A stretch of DNA of 64,000 nucleotides from Gammaproteobacteria bacterium (GCA_015488885.1 WFMW01000012.1:38354-102353); one strand, 5' to 3'. Shown: positions 21,843-32,251, numbered from the stretch's first letter. Translations and numbers: made by a program. The notes: generated from the letters alone by a model not told the origin.

Positions 21843-23234
21843 TTATGCGATTTCCGCATCATTCTCTTTATCATCCAGTGGTGACTGCAATTCCTTATTC
21901 GCCTCCAGCTGTTTGGCCTTATCATGTGTATAGGGTTCACGCATACCATACAGGTGCTGACCAAGCATTTCAGGCGTCACCAGTACAATACCAGAATCAG
22001 TAACAAAAAAACGTTTTTTATCTTCTTCAAGATCCTCACCAATCACCATACCATCTTCAATCACACAGGCTTTATCAATGACGGCTCGGGTTATACGGCA
22101 ATTTTTCCCAATCATGACCTTCGGCAAAATCACACTGTCCTTGATCAGGGTACCTTTTTCTACCTCGGTGTTAAAATAAATAATAGAACGTTTAACTTTA
22201 GCACCGGAAATAATCACCCCACCGGAAACCAGAGTGTCAATCGCCTGTCCACGCGCACCCTCATCATCGAAGACAAACTTGGCCGGCGGACTTTGTGACT
22301 GATAGGTCCATATTGGCCAGTCTCGATTATATAAATTTAACTCCGGTTCCACGGCACATAATTCAATGTTCGCCTTCCAGTACGAATCAACTGAACCAAC
22401 ATCACGCCAGTAAGCCGACTTACCATGTTTATCCAGAAAAGGATAGGCATAGACATTGGCCCGTTTAATACTCCTCGGGACGATATCCTTACCAAAATCA
22501 TGGGAAGAATCAGGATTTCCGGCATCATCGACCAGACAGGCATAAAGGTAAGCCGTAGAAAAGATATAAATTCCCATGGATGCCAGACATTGACCCGGTT
22601 TACCTGGAATGGTTTCAGGCTCTGCCGGTTTCTCACTAAATTTGGTGATACAGTAATGTTCATCGATAGACATGACGCCGTAGGATTTAGCCTCTTCCTT
22701 ATCCACTTCGATACAACCGACGGTTAAATCTGCCCCCGAGGCAACATGATCAAACAACATTTTTGCATAATCCATCGAATAGATATGATCACCGCCCAGC
22801 ACCACAATATTATCCGGCGCATGACGGCGAATAATATCTATATTCTGGTATAAGGCATCGGCAGTACCTCGGTACCAGCCTTCATCCAGGCGTTGCTGGG
22901 CCGGTATAATTTCAACAAATTCCCCAATTTCAGCCCGCATAAAACTCCATGCTCGCTGCAGATGGCGTATTAAAGAATGTGATTTATACTGGGTTAACAC
23001 ACCGATTCGACGCAATCCTGAATTAACGCAATTTGACAGTGCAAAATCAATAATCCGATATTTACCACCAAAAGGAACAGCGGGTTTGGCTCGCCACTTG
23101 GTTAAGCCTTTTAATCTGGATCCTGCCCCCCCTGCCAGAATTAACACCAATGCCTTATGGGTTAATTCCGACCCCATATTCGCGTCGGTATAATAGCGGT
23201 ATTTTTTTGCCTGTTTAGCCCTGTTAACAGTCAT
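21843..23234 (-). CDS. glgC: Glucose-1-phosphate adenylyltransferase
   Basis: [15 protein letters not shown] and [14 protein letters not shown] motifs. The start ATG shares one nucleotide with the glk stop (TAATG). Confidence 0.9.
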   Translation of the reverse strand: MTVNRAKQAKKYRYYTDANMGSELTHKALVLILAGGAGSRLKGLTKWRAKPAVPFGGKYRIIDFALSNCVNSGLRRIGVLTQYKSHSLIRHLQRAWSFMRAEIGEFVEIIPAQQRLDEGWYRGTADALYQNIDIIRRHAPDNIVVLGGDHIYSMDYAKMLFDHVASGADLTVGCIEVDKEEAKSYGVMSIDEHYCITKFSEKPAEPETIPGKPGQCLASMGIYIFSTAYLYACLVDDAGNPDSSHDFGKDIVPRSIKRANVYAYPFLDKHGKSAYWRDVGSVDSYWKANIELCAVEPELNLYNRDWPIWTYQSQSPPAKFVFDDEGARGQAIDTLVSGGVIISGAKVKRSIIYFNTEVEKGTLIKDSVILPKVMIGKNCRITRAVIDKACVIEDGMVIGEDLEEDKKRFFVTDSGIVLVTPEMLGQHLYGMREPYTHDKAKQLEANKELQSPLDDKENDAEIA

Positions 23235-24250
23235 TAAACTTTCTCCTGATAAAATTCGGTTGCTGCTGAAATTGCACCCAACACACCCACACTTTCATTG
23301 GTAACCAGTGTAATAGAAATAGCCTCAACCAGATTCTGCATGCGCCCTTTTGCTTTAAAGGCTGAAATAAATTCCTGCAACTGCATCCATGGCTGTATTT
23401 TTGCTGCAATGCCGCCGGTAATATAAATGCCGCCAGCAGGTTTAAAAATCAACGCCATATTACCAATATAGGCGCCATAAATTTCAGTAAACAAACGCAC
23501 TGCCCGGCAGGCAGTCTCATTGCCAGCCACTGCCTGCGAAGTTACCCAGGCAGCATTAAAATCGCCTGGCTTTGCCGATGCAACCGTTTCTGTCTGAGCC
23601 TTGTTCTGTAGAGCAGAAACATCGGTATGCTTTTCACTTAGAAACTGATAGATAGTTTCAAGCCCTGCTCCAGACAATAGCCGTTCACAGGAAACATGCT
23701 GATAACAGACCATTAAATACTGTAATAATTTCACCTGTAGCGCATTTACCGGTGCAAAATCAATATGACCTGCTTCAGTTGAAAAAACTTCGCGGTTACC
23801 GGCAAGTTGCTGCACCCATGCCAACCCCATGCCGGTACCTGCACCAAGCACAACCCGTGTGCCTGAGGCAAGCTCTTTCCCCTTATGAAGGCAAATCTTG
23901 TCAGTATCTTCCAGACATGGAATACCCCAGGCTGAAGCCTGGAAATCATTCATTACATAAACCTGACGCAGTTTAAATTCTTCCATTAAAGCCTGCCGGT
24001 TAATCCGCCAGGGTAGATTGGTTACTTTGACCGTAGTAGTTTCCACATCACCGGCTATCGCCAGCGAAAAAATCTCCACCTGTTTTCCCGCTACGCCACT
24101 GGTATGTAAAACTGTATGTAATAACTGCGAAAATGTTGCATAATCTGAACTCAGGTAAACCCTGTTATACAATACATTTTTACCGGTATTATCAGTAATA
24201 ACAAAATGTGTTTTGGTTCCCCCAATATCGGCCGCAAGAATCGTTGACAT
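23234..24250 (-). CDS. glk: Glucokinase
   Basis: MSTILAADIGGTKTHFV ATP-binding N-terminus and ROK/glucokinase-like size. Last gene upstream of glgC in the same orientation. Confidence 0.8.
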   Translation of the reverse strand: MSTILAADIGGTKTHFVITDNTGKNVLYNRVYLSSDYATFSQLLHTVLHTSGVAGKQVEIFSLAIAGDVETTTVKVTNLPWRINRQALMEEFKLRQVYVMNDFQASAWGIPCLEDTDKICLHKGKELASGTRVVLGAGTGMGLAWVQQLAGNREVFSTEAGHIDFAPVNALQVKLLQYLMVCYQHVSCERLLSGAGLETIYQFLSEKHTDVSALQNKAQTETVASAKPGDFNAAWVTSQAVAGNETACRAVRLFTEIYGAYIGNMALIFKPAGGIYITGGIAAKIQPWMQLQEFISAFKAKGRMQNLVEAISITLVTNESVGVLGAISAATEFYQEKV

Positions 24251-24492
24251 AATTTTTATAATCTTTAGATAAAATTTCTAGATAAAATCTCGGCGACAAA
24301 AATCTCCAAGACCGGAAACACACCCGGAAACAGGAATTGTAACGAAAATATCGGACAGAACATTGATGATTGTCAATTTATTCCAAATAAAAGATAAATT
24401 TACTGAATAATGTATTGATATACTGACACAATTACCTCGTTATTAGCACCACGAATATAACTCAGTGATATGACATTTTATCGTGTCATATA

Positions 24493-25527
24493 TTATTGTT
24501 TAATAAATGCAAGCAGGCTGGGAAAAAGCGCCTGTTTAAGCGTTTTAGCCATCAACTGTGACATCCTGGCTTTTAGCTGTGCCTCATTCTGTGCTGAGAC
24601 TTTAAGCGGCCAGCTTTTATAGCCAACAACCGTTTGCTTATCGTCTGTACGCAAGGTGAGCCTTAAATTACCCTGCAACCAGTACCAGCCAGCTTTATAC
24701 AGGGTTGGCCGGGTTTGCATGGCAGCTTCCAGCCAGTAGCCCGATCGGGAAGTTAACGGCGCAGGACGGAACCCGGCCTGTCTGGCAGCACCCTGAAGTA
24801 TTCCTGCCAGACCACCAACCGTATCTTCAGTGACGCCAGTGTTCAGTGGTAAACCACGCATGGCGTGATTTAATGACTCTTTAAGTTCAGTCAGTTGCCA
24901 GTGCGGAGGGCGTCCTCTGCCTTTTAAATCAATGACTTTTAATGTTTTCTGCAATAACTGCCGGTTTTGCTGCAACTGCCAGGCTGAAGCCAGATCGGCA
25001 ATTTCAAGCAGACGATCAGAACGGCTTTTTGCCTGCTGCAGGAGATAGCGAGTCTGCTTGTCCAGTTGCTGCATTTGCTGGCGAATATTATTACCTGCCT
25101 GGGTTCTATCGAGTACCGCCAGTGCATAATAGGTTAAATCATCACTGTTTAACCATTGTTTGGCAATGCGTGCCCCACTAATCATTTTATCGGCGTATAG
25201 ATTTGTACTGCTGTGGTAAGTTTGTTGTTTGCTGACGGTTTCAGTATCATTTTTTCGTTGTGATTCAATGTGCTCACGCGTACTTGAAACCTGTTGTATT
25301 TGCACTTCAAAAATTTTTGCCAGATTAGACAGTGCCCGGTCTTGCGCTGTTTCCAGGTTCGAGGCTGACCCACTTGCCGATAAATACTGGCTATTCGGGT
25401 AGCTCACAGGTTCACCGTTTAACCATGGCGGGGCATTATCACTACGATTGATGCCACTGGTTTGCACACAGGCTGTCAATAATACACTGCCCATAATCAT
25501 AATCATCGAACCGATACACTTAATCAT
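24493..25527 (-). CDS. Lipoprotein with an N-terminal LPP20/FlgP-like domain
   Basis: Signal peptide with lipobox LLTAC. The segment YLSASGSASNLETAQDRALSNLAKIFEVQIQQVSS matches the LPP20-family pattern (YxxAxGxGxSxExAxxxAL..La..i.v.v). The C-terminal half has no recognisable motifs. Third gene of a three-gene minus-strand operon. Confidence 0.5.
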   Translation of the reverse strand: MIKCIGSMIMIMGSVLLTACVQTSGINRSDNAPPWLNGEPVSYPNSQYLSASGSASNLETAQDRALSNLAKIFEVQIQQVSSTREHIESQRKNDTETVSKQQTYHSSTNLYADKMISGARIAKQWLNSDDLTYYALAVLDRTQAGNNIRQQMQQLDKQTRYLLQQAKSRSDRLLEIADLASAWQLQQNRQLLQKTLKVIDLKGRGRPPHWQLTELKESLNHAMRGLPLNTGVTEDTVGGLAGILQGAARQAGFRPAPLTSRSGYWLEAAMQTRPTLYKAGWYWLQGNLRLTLRTDDKQTVVGYKSWPLKVSAQNEAQLKARMSQLMAKTLKQALFPSLLAFIKQ

Positions 25528-25590
25528 TTTAGAACGGCGCTCCGGGTTAGCGGTGCAAGGGTCGAACCGGTTTGACCTGTTGCACTGTAT

Positions 25591-26988
25591 TTAGCGGTTT
25601 GTAGACTGACTATCATTTTCTTTTCGTCCCTGTTTTTTTACCGGCTGTTTTTTTACCGGCGCAATCCAGCGATGGATTAAAAATGTCAGCTTATGTGGGT
25701 TTATGGTTACCGTCTGCACAAAACTGTCAACCACCTGACCGGCTGCATTACGCATATCAATATGAACATTATGCCTGCCTGCTGGCAGAAATACCCGTTG
25801 CAGCTGAATTTCTTCTGGCAAGGTTGTCCAGCTACGCGTATCGGCACGCTCAGTGATTAAATTTGTCACTGTCATTAACAGACCTTCAAGATCACTGTGT
25901 TTTTTTGCCGATAGCTGTGACTGATATTTAATCACTGCTCGCGCAATAGCCCGCGCCATAATACCGGGCATAGCCTGGGTTAACGCATGCCTTGCCAGGG
26001 CATCGATATCTTCTACCGTCTCCAGCCCCAACTGCTTATTATCAATACGGATTCTGGCTCTCATCAATGATGTTTTGGGATAAAGATAAACAGGAAAGGC
26101 AACCCGCAGCTGTTTCTGAACTTCTCTTGCGTATATATTGATCGCTGCTTCACCACGTACGGGTGCCAGACCATTATTTAAAATAATGACCAGCTGACCA
26201 TCATTTTGACTATGATCAGAGGACGGGAAGCGGTTTAAAGCAAAGGTTTTTTTATATTGTTTATACTCATTCCATAAGTGCATTTTTGTAGTAAGACGTA
26301 ATAAATCATGTTGCAGATTAAACGGCACTCGCGGTGCTTCAAGCCCAATTTTATCGCGGTAGCGCTGATAGGCTCTACGGTATGAAATCAGTGCATCATC
26401 ATCCTGCCCCAAAGCTTCAAAAATCATCCCCGCCAGATAGCGCACAAAGGCATCGTTGTATGACGTATCATGCCATGCCTGCATATTGACATCCGCCTGC
26501 AACATTTCCACACGCGCATCATCCAGATCATTCAGCTGAATATAATTCATGGCCATAAATGCGTGCAATAGAAGCCGCTCATAATGATCCCCCTGATAGG
26601 AGCGCAAGGTTTCATTAATGGTAACAGCCGCCAGATTTTCTGTCACACTCACGCCGTATAAGGCTTCAATTTCCTGCCTGGCAATTTCGAATATTTTATT
26701 GCTGGTGGCATAGTGATGGTTAATTCGCCACAACATACCTGTATCCAGTGAGGCGATAACATTTTTATGCCGACGGTCTTTTGCCTGTGCAATCGCCAGT
26801 GCCTGTTGTGGTTGCCCCTGCAGTAAACTACTGCGCATACTCAAGGCACGCGAGCGATAGGTGGCACATGCCTGCAGGCTGTTGACAAGCACAATCAGTA
26901 GTGCAGCTTTCAGACTATATAAAGATAAATCATTTAATCTGCAAAAAACACGTGACAGCAATTCAGTCACCCTCTTCTGTTTACCCAT
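25591..26988 (-). CDS. Hypothetical (lipo)protein, middle gene of the lipoprotein operon
   Basis: 465 aa with a hydrophobic N-region ending in LQAC (lipobox-like) and TPR-like helical repeats. The ATG is embedded in a 20 bp tandem repeat, so the true start is uncertain. Confidence 0.4.
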   Translation of the reverse strand: MGKQKRVTELLSRVFCRLNDLSLYSLKAALLIVLVNSLQACATYRSRALSMRSSLLQGQPQQALAIAQAKDRRHKNVIASLDTGMLWRINHHYATSNKIFEIARQEIEALYGVSVTENLAAVTINETLRSYQGDHYERLLLHAFMAMNYIQLNDLDDARVEMLQADVNMQAWHDTSYNDAFVRYLAGMIFEALGQDDDALISYRRAYQRYRDKIGLEAPRVPFNLQHDLLRLTTKMHLWNEYKQYKKTFALNRFPSSDHSQNDGQLVIILNNGLAPVRGEAAINIYAREVQKQLRVAFPVYLYPKTSLMRARIRIDNKQLGLETVEDIDALARHALTQAMPGIMARAIARAVIKYQSQLSAKKHSDLEGLLMTVTNLITERADTRSWTTLPEEIQLQRVFLPAGRHNVHIDMRNAAGQVVDSFVQTVTINPHKLTFLIHRWIAPVKKQPVKKQGRKENDSQSTNR

Positions 26989-27035
26989 ACCCTCTTCTGT
27001 TTACCCATATCCTCTGTTTGCCCATATCCGTTTAA
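26970..27035. repeat. Tandem direct repeat: 2 perfect 20 bp units (ccctcttctgtttacccata) plus 2 decayed units
   Basis: Units at 26970-26989 and 26990-27009 are identical. Unit 3 (27010-27026) carries a 3 nt deletion and one substitution, and unit 4 is degenerate. The repeat overlaps the annotated ATG (26988) of the 465 aa gene. Confidence 0.7.
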
Positions 27036-27036
27036 T

Positions 27037-27675
27037 TTATAAACGCAGGCTACTTTTCTCAATGGTCTTTTTGATTTTTTTCTGCCCCAGCCAGACTTTA
27101 CGATTTGATGCCATATCAATCAGGGTTAAATCAACCTGATAAAAGCGTACCTGTTTCCCGCCGCTGGCATCAACAATGCTATTGATACTGCCGGTTAACA
27201 TAAAATCGGCACCTGTTTCCTGCCCCATTGCCTTACGCGTTGCCGCACTGGCATTCAAGTCCTGATCCTTACGTTCATCGCGTATTTCACCACGCTCAGT
27301 ACGAGAGGCAACAAAATCCACCTGACCAGAGTTGATCAGTGCACGTTCCATATCGGCAATAAAGGTACGTGTATTAATATGCTCATGGCTTAAATTTCGT
27401 ACCGTGCCAACAATAACAGCAGGTGATTTATGGTACTTACGATTAAAATCATTCAACCAGCGGCGTGACAAAGCATCCTGTATCATTTCGTTTGCCACCA
27501 GGCGAGAATCTGTATCATTCCAGTTGCCACTCAGGTCAGTCACACTGTCTGCTTTAACCCGGGTGACTTTTGTACCACAGGCTGTTATACCCAGTAACAG
27601 GCTGGTCGCTATAATGGCAGCCAGTCCAGGGTACATAATTTTTTTAATCAGGGTGAAAAAATGGCCATTTTTCAT
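27037..27675 (-). CDS. LpoB-like (COG3417-type) outer-membrane lipoprotein
   Basis: Start at MKNGHFF (27675) with GGAG 8 nt upstream, and lipobox LLGITAC. The C-domain aligns by eye to E. coli LpoB (VIVGTVRNLS.. / FMLTGSINS.. / FYQVDLTLIDMASNRKVW versus VLLVDSVNN.. / YVLYSSASG.. / LQMQLMLVQTGEIIW). Confidence 0.55.
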   Translation of the reverse strand: MKNGHFFTLIKKIMYPGLAAIIATSLLLGITACGTKVTRVKADSVTDLSGNWNDTDSRLVANEMIQDALSRRWLNDFNRKYHKSPAVIVGTVRNLSHEHINTRTFIADMERALINSGQVDFVASRTERGEIRDERKDQDLNASAATRKAMGQETGADFMLTGSINSIVDASGGKQVRFYQVDLTLIDMASNRKVWLGQKKIKKTIEKSSLRL

Positions 27676-27829
27676 GATAACGACTCCAGAAAGATAATTT
27701 TGATTAACACGCATTTTTATACAGGTTATATCACTATACAGGATGAAAATCCTGAAAACCAACAAATTTTATCGACTATTTTAGCTGCTTCCTCTTGCAC
27801 CCTGACAGCACAACAGGTATCTTCACGCC

Positions 27830-29155
27830 ATGAAATCCATTGACACTCTGCTGCATGGTCGCTGGGTTATCCCACTGGCTGATAATGGCAATCGCCAGGT
27901 ACTGGATAATTATGCCATTGCCATTGTGGGTGAACACATCATCGACCTTTTGCCGAGCGCGCAGGCAACCAGCAAATATCAGCCTCATACTGAAAAATAT
28001 TATGATGACCATGTATTAATGCCAGGTCTGATTAATTGTCACAGTCACGCTGCCATGAACCTGTTTCGTGGACTGGCCGATGACCTGCACCTGATGGACT
28101 GGCTGGAAAATCATATCTGGCCAGCAGAAGCCCGCTTTGTCAACGAAACATTTGTGCAGCATGGCGTTGAACTGGCGGTTGCTGAAATGCTCCGCAGTGG
28201 TACCACCTGTTTTAATGATATGTATTTTTTCCCCGATATTACTGCCCGGGTGGCGGCTGAGGCGGGTATCCGTGCCTGTGTTGGATTAATTGTTATCGAC
28301 TTTCCAACCGTGTGGGCCAATAATGCCGAAGAATACATTGACAAGGGTCTGGCGGTACGCGACTATTTTAAAGGCCACGATTTAATTACCACAGCGTTTG
28401 CCCCCCATGCTCCTTACACCGTATCCGATAAACCTTTGCAGAAAATTGCTATGCTGGCCAGTGAACTCGATTTGGCCGTGCATATGCATATTCATGAAAC
28501 CGTCGAGGAAGTCAGCCATGCAATAGAAACAACTGGCAAACGTCCATTACAACGCCTTGATGAACTTAATCTGCTTTCACCCACGCTACTCGCAGTCCAT
28601 ATGACCCAGCTGAACACAGCAGAAATAGAACGCCTTGCTGTCACTGGCAGCACGGTTGTCCACTGCCCCGAATCAAATATGAAGCTGGCCAGCGGTATCT
28701 GCCCGGTCAGTCGCCTGCAGCAGGCCGGTATTAATATGGTACTGGGCACCGATAGTGCATCAAGTAATAATGATCTGGATATGTTTGGTGAAATGCGTAG
28801 CGCCGCATTGCTGGCCAAAATCAGCACCCATGATGCGACCGCACTGCCTGCTTATGACGTATTAAAAATGGCTACCCTCAATGCCGCCAGAGCCTTAGGC
28901 ATAGACGATATGACAGGTTCACTGGAAACCGGTAAATCAGCCGATATTATTGCGGTAAATTTTGATACTATAGAAACTTCGCCGGTTTATGATCCTGTTT
29001 CTCACCTGGTTTATTGCTGCTCACGAGAGCAGGTTACTGATGTCTGGGTAGCGGGCAAACAGCGCCTGCGCGACCGTTGTCTAACAACGCTGGATGAAAA
29101 TGAAATTATACAGCGAGCCAACATCATAAGTCAGCAGATAAAACTGGAACAATAA
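27830..29155 (+). CDS. TRZ/ATZ-family amidohydrolase (MTA/SAH or guanine deaminase-like)
   Basis: 441 aa with the metal-binding HxH motif in MPGLINCHSHAAM and downstream His/Asp ligands. A conserved neighbour of ubiG in Pseudomonas-like genomes. Confidence 0.8.
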   Translation: MKSIDTLLHGRWVIPLADNGNRQVLDNYAIAIVGEHIIDLLPSAQATSKYQPHTEKYYDDHVLMPGLINCHSHAAMNLFRGLADDLHLMDWLENHIWPAEARFVNETFVQHGVELAVAEMLRSGTTCFNDMYFFPDITARVAAEAGIRACVGLIVIDFPTVWANNAEEYIDKGLAVRDYFKGHDLITTAFAPHAPYTVSDKPLQKIAMLASELDLAVHMHIHETVEEVSHAIETTGKRPLQRLDELNLLSPTLLAVHMTQLNTAEIERLAVTGSTVVHCPESNMKLASGICPVSRLQQAGINMVLGTDSASSNNDLDMFGEMRSAALLAKISTHDATALPAYDVLKMATLNAARALGIDDMTGSLETGKSADIIAVNFDTIETSPVYDPVSHLVYCCSREQVTDVWVAGKQRLRDRCLTTLDENEIIQRANIISQQIKLEQ

Positions 29156-29198
29156 ATATAAATATATTCATCATCTTAAACATAATAGTTAATGTAAA

Positions 29199-29921
29199 AT
29201 GCAAACAGATACAAGCAATATTGACCCAGTCGAAATTAAAAAATTTGATGATCTGGCATCACGCTGGTGGGATCAGAAAGGTGAATTCAAGCCCCTGCAC
29301 GAGATGAATCCGATTCGGCTGAACTTTATTAATCGATGCAGTCCGCTACAGGATAAAACTGTGCTGGACATCGGTTGTGGTGGTGGTATTTTAACGGAGA
29401 GCATGGCCAGGAGTGGTGCCCGGGTCTGCGGTATTGACATGGGTAAAGCCCCGCTTGCGGTGGCACGTTTACATGCCCTGGAAGAAAATCTGGACATTGA
29501 TTACCAGCAAACTACAGCTGAAGCGTTTGCCAGCGAGCACCTGGCTGGTTTTGATATAGTCACCTGCATGGAAATGCTGGAACATGTTCCCGACCCTGCT
29601 TCTATCATCCACGCCTGCTTTGAGTTATGCAAACCCGGCGGCACAGTGTATTTTTCCACCATTAATCGCAACCCTAAAGCTTACGCCATGGCCATTATCG
29701 GTGCAGAATATATCATGAATATGTTGCCTAAAGGCACCCATAATTACCGCAAGTTTATCCGCCCTTCCGAACTTGATATTCAGGCTCGGCAAAGCGGGCT
29801 GGAATTGCTTGATATTCGCGGCATCGCCTACAACCCTGTTACTCACCTGTTTCATGAAACACATAATGTCGATGTTAATTATATGATCGCCTATCGGCGA
29901 CCCGAGGGTGAACCGGCCTGA
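29199..29921 (+). CDS. ubiG: Bifunctional 3-demethylubiquinol 3-O-methyltransferase / 2-polyprenyl-6-hydroxyphenol methylase
   Basis: SAM-binding motif VLDIGCGGGILTE and typical UbiG length (240 aa). Confidence 0.9.
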   Translation: MQTDTSNIDPVEIKKFDDLASRWWDQKGEFKPLHEMNPIRLNFINRCSPLQDKTVLDIGCGGGILTESMARSGARVCGIDMGKAPLAVARLHALEENLDIDYQQTTAEAFASEHLAGFDIVTCMEMLEHVPDPASIIHACFELCKPGGTVYFSTINRNPKAYAMAIIGAEYIMNMLPKGTHNYRKFIRPSELDIQARQSGLELLDIRGIAYNPVTHLFHETHNVDVNYMIAYRRPEGEPA

Positions 29922-30005
29922 CCGAGAGGTGCCCATCCGATTACCTCTGTGGGTATTTTATCTTACTGACTTTTTCACCCCATCATTTTCTGCCGTTTTC
30001 TGCTT

Positions 30006-30692
30006 ATGCCGCCTGTTACAACTGTATTATTTGACCTTGATGGCACGCTGGTGGATACCGCACCGGATATGGCTGCGGCATTAATACAATTATGTAAGGA
30101 AGAGAATCAACCCGCACTGGATTACACAGCTATTCGACCGCAGGTATCCAATGGTAGCATCGCACTGGTTAAGCTTGCCTTTGGTCATCAGCTTGACGAT
30201 AACCGGCTCGAACAACTGAAAACACGTTACCTGAAAATCTACCAGAACAACCTCAGCGTACAATCAAAACTTTTTGCACAAATGGATAAACTGCTAACGG
30301 ATCTGGAAACACAACAAATCAAATGGGGTGTGGTGACCAATAAACCAGGCTGGTTAACGCTGCCACTAATGCAATCTCTGCAGCTGGATACCCGGGCAGC
30401 CTGTATTGTCAGTGCTGACTCCACTGAAAAACGCAAACCTCACCCCCAACCCATGTATTATGCCTGCGAGCTTTGCCATAGCCGCCCGGATGAATGTATT
30501 TATATTGGCGATGCACAGCGCGATATTGAAGCTGGCCACAATGCCGGTATGACAACCATGGTTGCCCTTTACGGTTATATCGCTGCCAATGAAAATCCAC
30601 TTGCCTGGAATGCTAACTTCAGTATCAGACAACCAGCCGATATACTGACACACATTAATAATATTCGGGGTAAATCGTTTTACTCACCATAA
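30006..30692 (+). CDS. HAD-superfamily phosphatase (phosphoglycolate phosphatase / MupP-like)
   Basis: HAD motif I VLFDLDGTLVDT, motif III K and motif IV GDAQRDIEAG. Confidence 0.75.
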   Translation: MPPVTTVLFDLDGTLVDTAPDMAAALIQLCKEENQPALDYTAIRPQVSNGSIALVKLAFGHQLDDNRLEQLKTRYLKIYQNNLSVQSKLFAQMDKLLTDLETQQIKWGVVTNKPGWLTLPLMQSLQLDTRAACIVSADSTEKRKPHPQPMYYACELCHSRPDECIYIGDAQRDIEAGHNAGMTTMVALYGYIAANENPLAWNANFSIRQPADILTHINNIRGKSFYSP

Positions 30693-30787
30693 ATTCCTAT
30701 TGAAAACCCGTCCTTTGAATCTGTTTTTTAACCCTTTATTCAACTATAGTTATAGTCTGAAACCCAATTATTGCGGATCGTCTATTT

Positions 30788-32242
30788 ATGCTTCATCATC
30801 GAATAAAAAAAATATTTACCCTGCTAATACTTAGCAGCAGTTTTTTTCTGCCTCAGTTAGCTCTGGCTGCCAGCGGCGTTGAAACCGTCACAGTAATGAA
30901 CCATCAACCTGTTGACCTGACGAATACCGGGCTGGGGTATTTTGCGTTAATTTTATTTGTCCTTGCCTACCTGCTGGTCATGGCTGAAGAGTTCACAAAT
31001 CTACGAAAATCAAAACCGGTAATGATTGCCGCCGGTATTATCTGGGGTTGTATTGGCTGGTATTATACGCAACATGGCATGTCTGAACTGGCTGAAAAAG
31101 CCGTCCGTCACGATCTGCTTGAATATGCCGAACTCATGTTATTTCTACTGGTCGCCATGACCTATGTGAATACCATGGAAGAACGCAAGGTATTTGATGC
31201 CTTACGTTCATGGCTGATACGCAAAGGTTTTAGTTTTAGGCAATTATTCTGGCTTACCGGCATACTGGCCTTCTTTATTTCTCCGATGGCTGACAACATG
31301 ACCACCGCCCTGTTAATGTGCGCAGTTGTCCTGGCTGTTGGTGGCAAAAATGCCCGGTTTATTTCCTTATCGTGCATTAACATTGTTATTGCTGCCAATG
31401 CAGGTGGTGCGTATTCACCTTTTGGTGATATTACAACGCTGATGGTCTGGCAAAAAGGCCGGGTTGAATTCTGGGAATTTTTTGCTTTGTTTGTACCTTC
31501 ACTGATCAATTTTTTAATACCGGCAACCATTATGCATTTTGCCGTCCCGACTGAAAAACCCCATGCTCATAATGATCATGTACATATGCGGCGCGGTGCA
31601 AAACGTATTATCTTTTTATTTCTGTGTACCATTATTACAGCTGTCAGCTTCCATAATTTTCTTGGCCTGCCACCGGTTATCGGCATGTTAACGGGTATGG
31701 GTTATTTACAGTTTTTAGGTTATTACCTGAAAAGAACCCACAACAAACACCACAAAGCGGCAACGCACCTTACTGAAAAAGGTCATATTGCCAGTTCCGT
31801 ACCGTTTGATATATACAGTAAAGTTGCACGCGCGGAATGGGACACTCTGTTCTTTTTTTATGGCGTTGTACTATGTGTTGGTGGCCTGGGTTTTCTTGGC
31901 TATCTATCATTATTTTCAAACCTGGTTTACACCAGCCTAGGCGCCACCAACGCCAATATCGCCGTGGGCATATTATCCTCTGTTGTTGATAATATTCCGG
32001 TGATGTTTGCGGTATTATCCATGAACCCGCATATGCCTGTTGGTCAGTGGTTACTGGTCACGCTTACTGCTGGTGTGGGTGGGTCGTTATTATCTATCGG
32101 TTCAGCTGCCGGGGTTGCTTTAATGGGGCAGACAAAAGGCAAATACACCTTCTTTTCACATTTAAAATGGACACCGGTAATAGCATTGGGTTATATCGGC
32201 AGTATCATGGTGCATATGTGGATAAATTCACGGTATTTTTAA
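30788..32242 (+). CDS. nhaD: Na+/H+ antiporter NhaD family
   Basis: 484 aa polytopic membrane protein with a signal-like N-terminus. The AYLLVMAEEFTNLRKSKPVMIAAGIIW region closely matches Vibrio NhaD. Confidence 0.75.
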   Translation: MLHHRIKKIFTLLILSSSFFLPQLALAASGVETVTVMNHQPVDLTNTGLGYFALILFVLAYLLVMAEEFTNLRKSKPVMIAAGIIWGCIGWYYTQHGMSELAEKAVRHDLLEYAELMLFLLVAMTYVNTMEERKVFDALRSWLIRKGFSFRQLFWLTGILAFFISPMADNMTTALLMCAVVLAVGGKNARFISLSCINIVIAANAGGAYSPFGDITTLMVWQKGRVEFWEFFALFVPSLINFLIPATIMHFAVPTEKPHAHNDHVHMRRGAKRIIFLFLCTIITAVSFHNFLGLPPVIGMLTGMGYLQFLGYYLKRTHNKHHKAATHLTEKGHIASSVPFDIYSKVARAEWDTLFFFYGVVLCVGGLGFLGYLSLFSNLVYTSLGATNANIAVGILSSVVDNIPVMFAVLSMNPHMPVGQWLLVTLTAGVGGSLLSIGSAAGVALMGQTKGKYTFFSHLKWTPVIALGYIGSIMVHMWINSRYF

Positions 32243-32251
32243 AGCAATGAC

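Noticed and set aside
25545-25590. tRNA-like string gggtcgaaccggtttgacc between the two lipoprotein genes
   Set aside because: Superficially resembles a reversed T-arm, but the loop is GTCGAA, not TTCGAAT. No matching acceptor or anticodon stems could be built.
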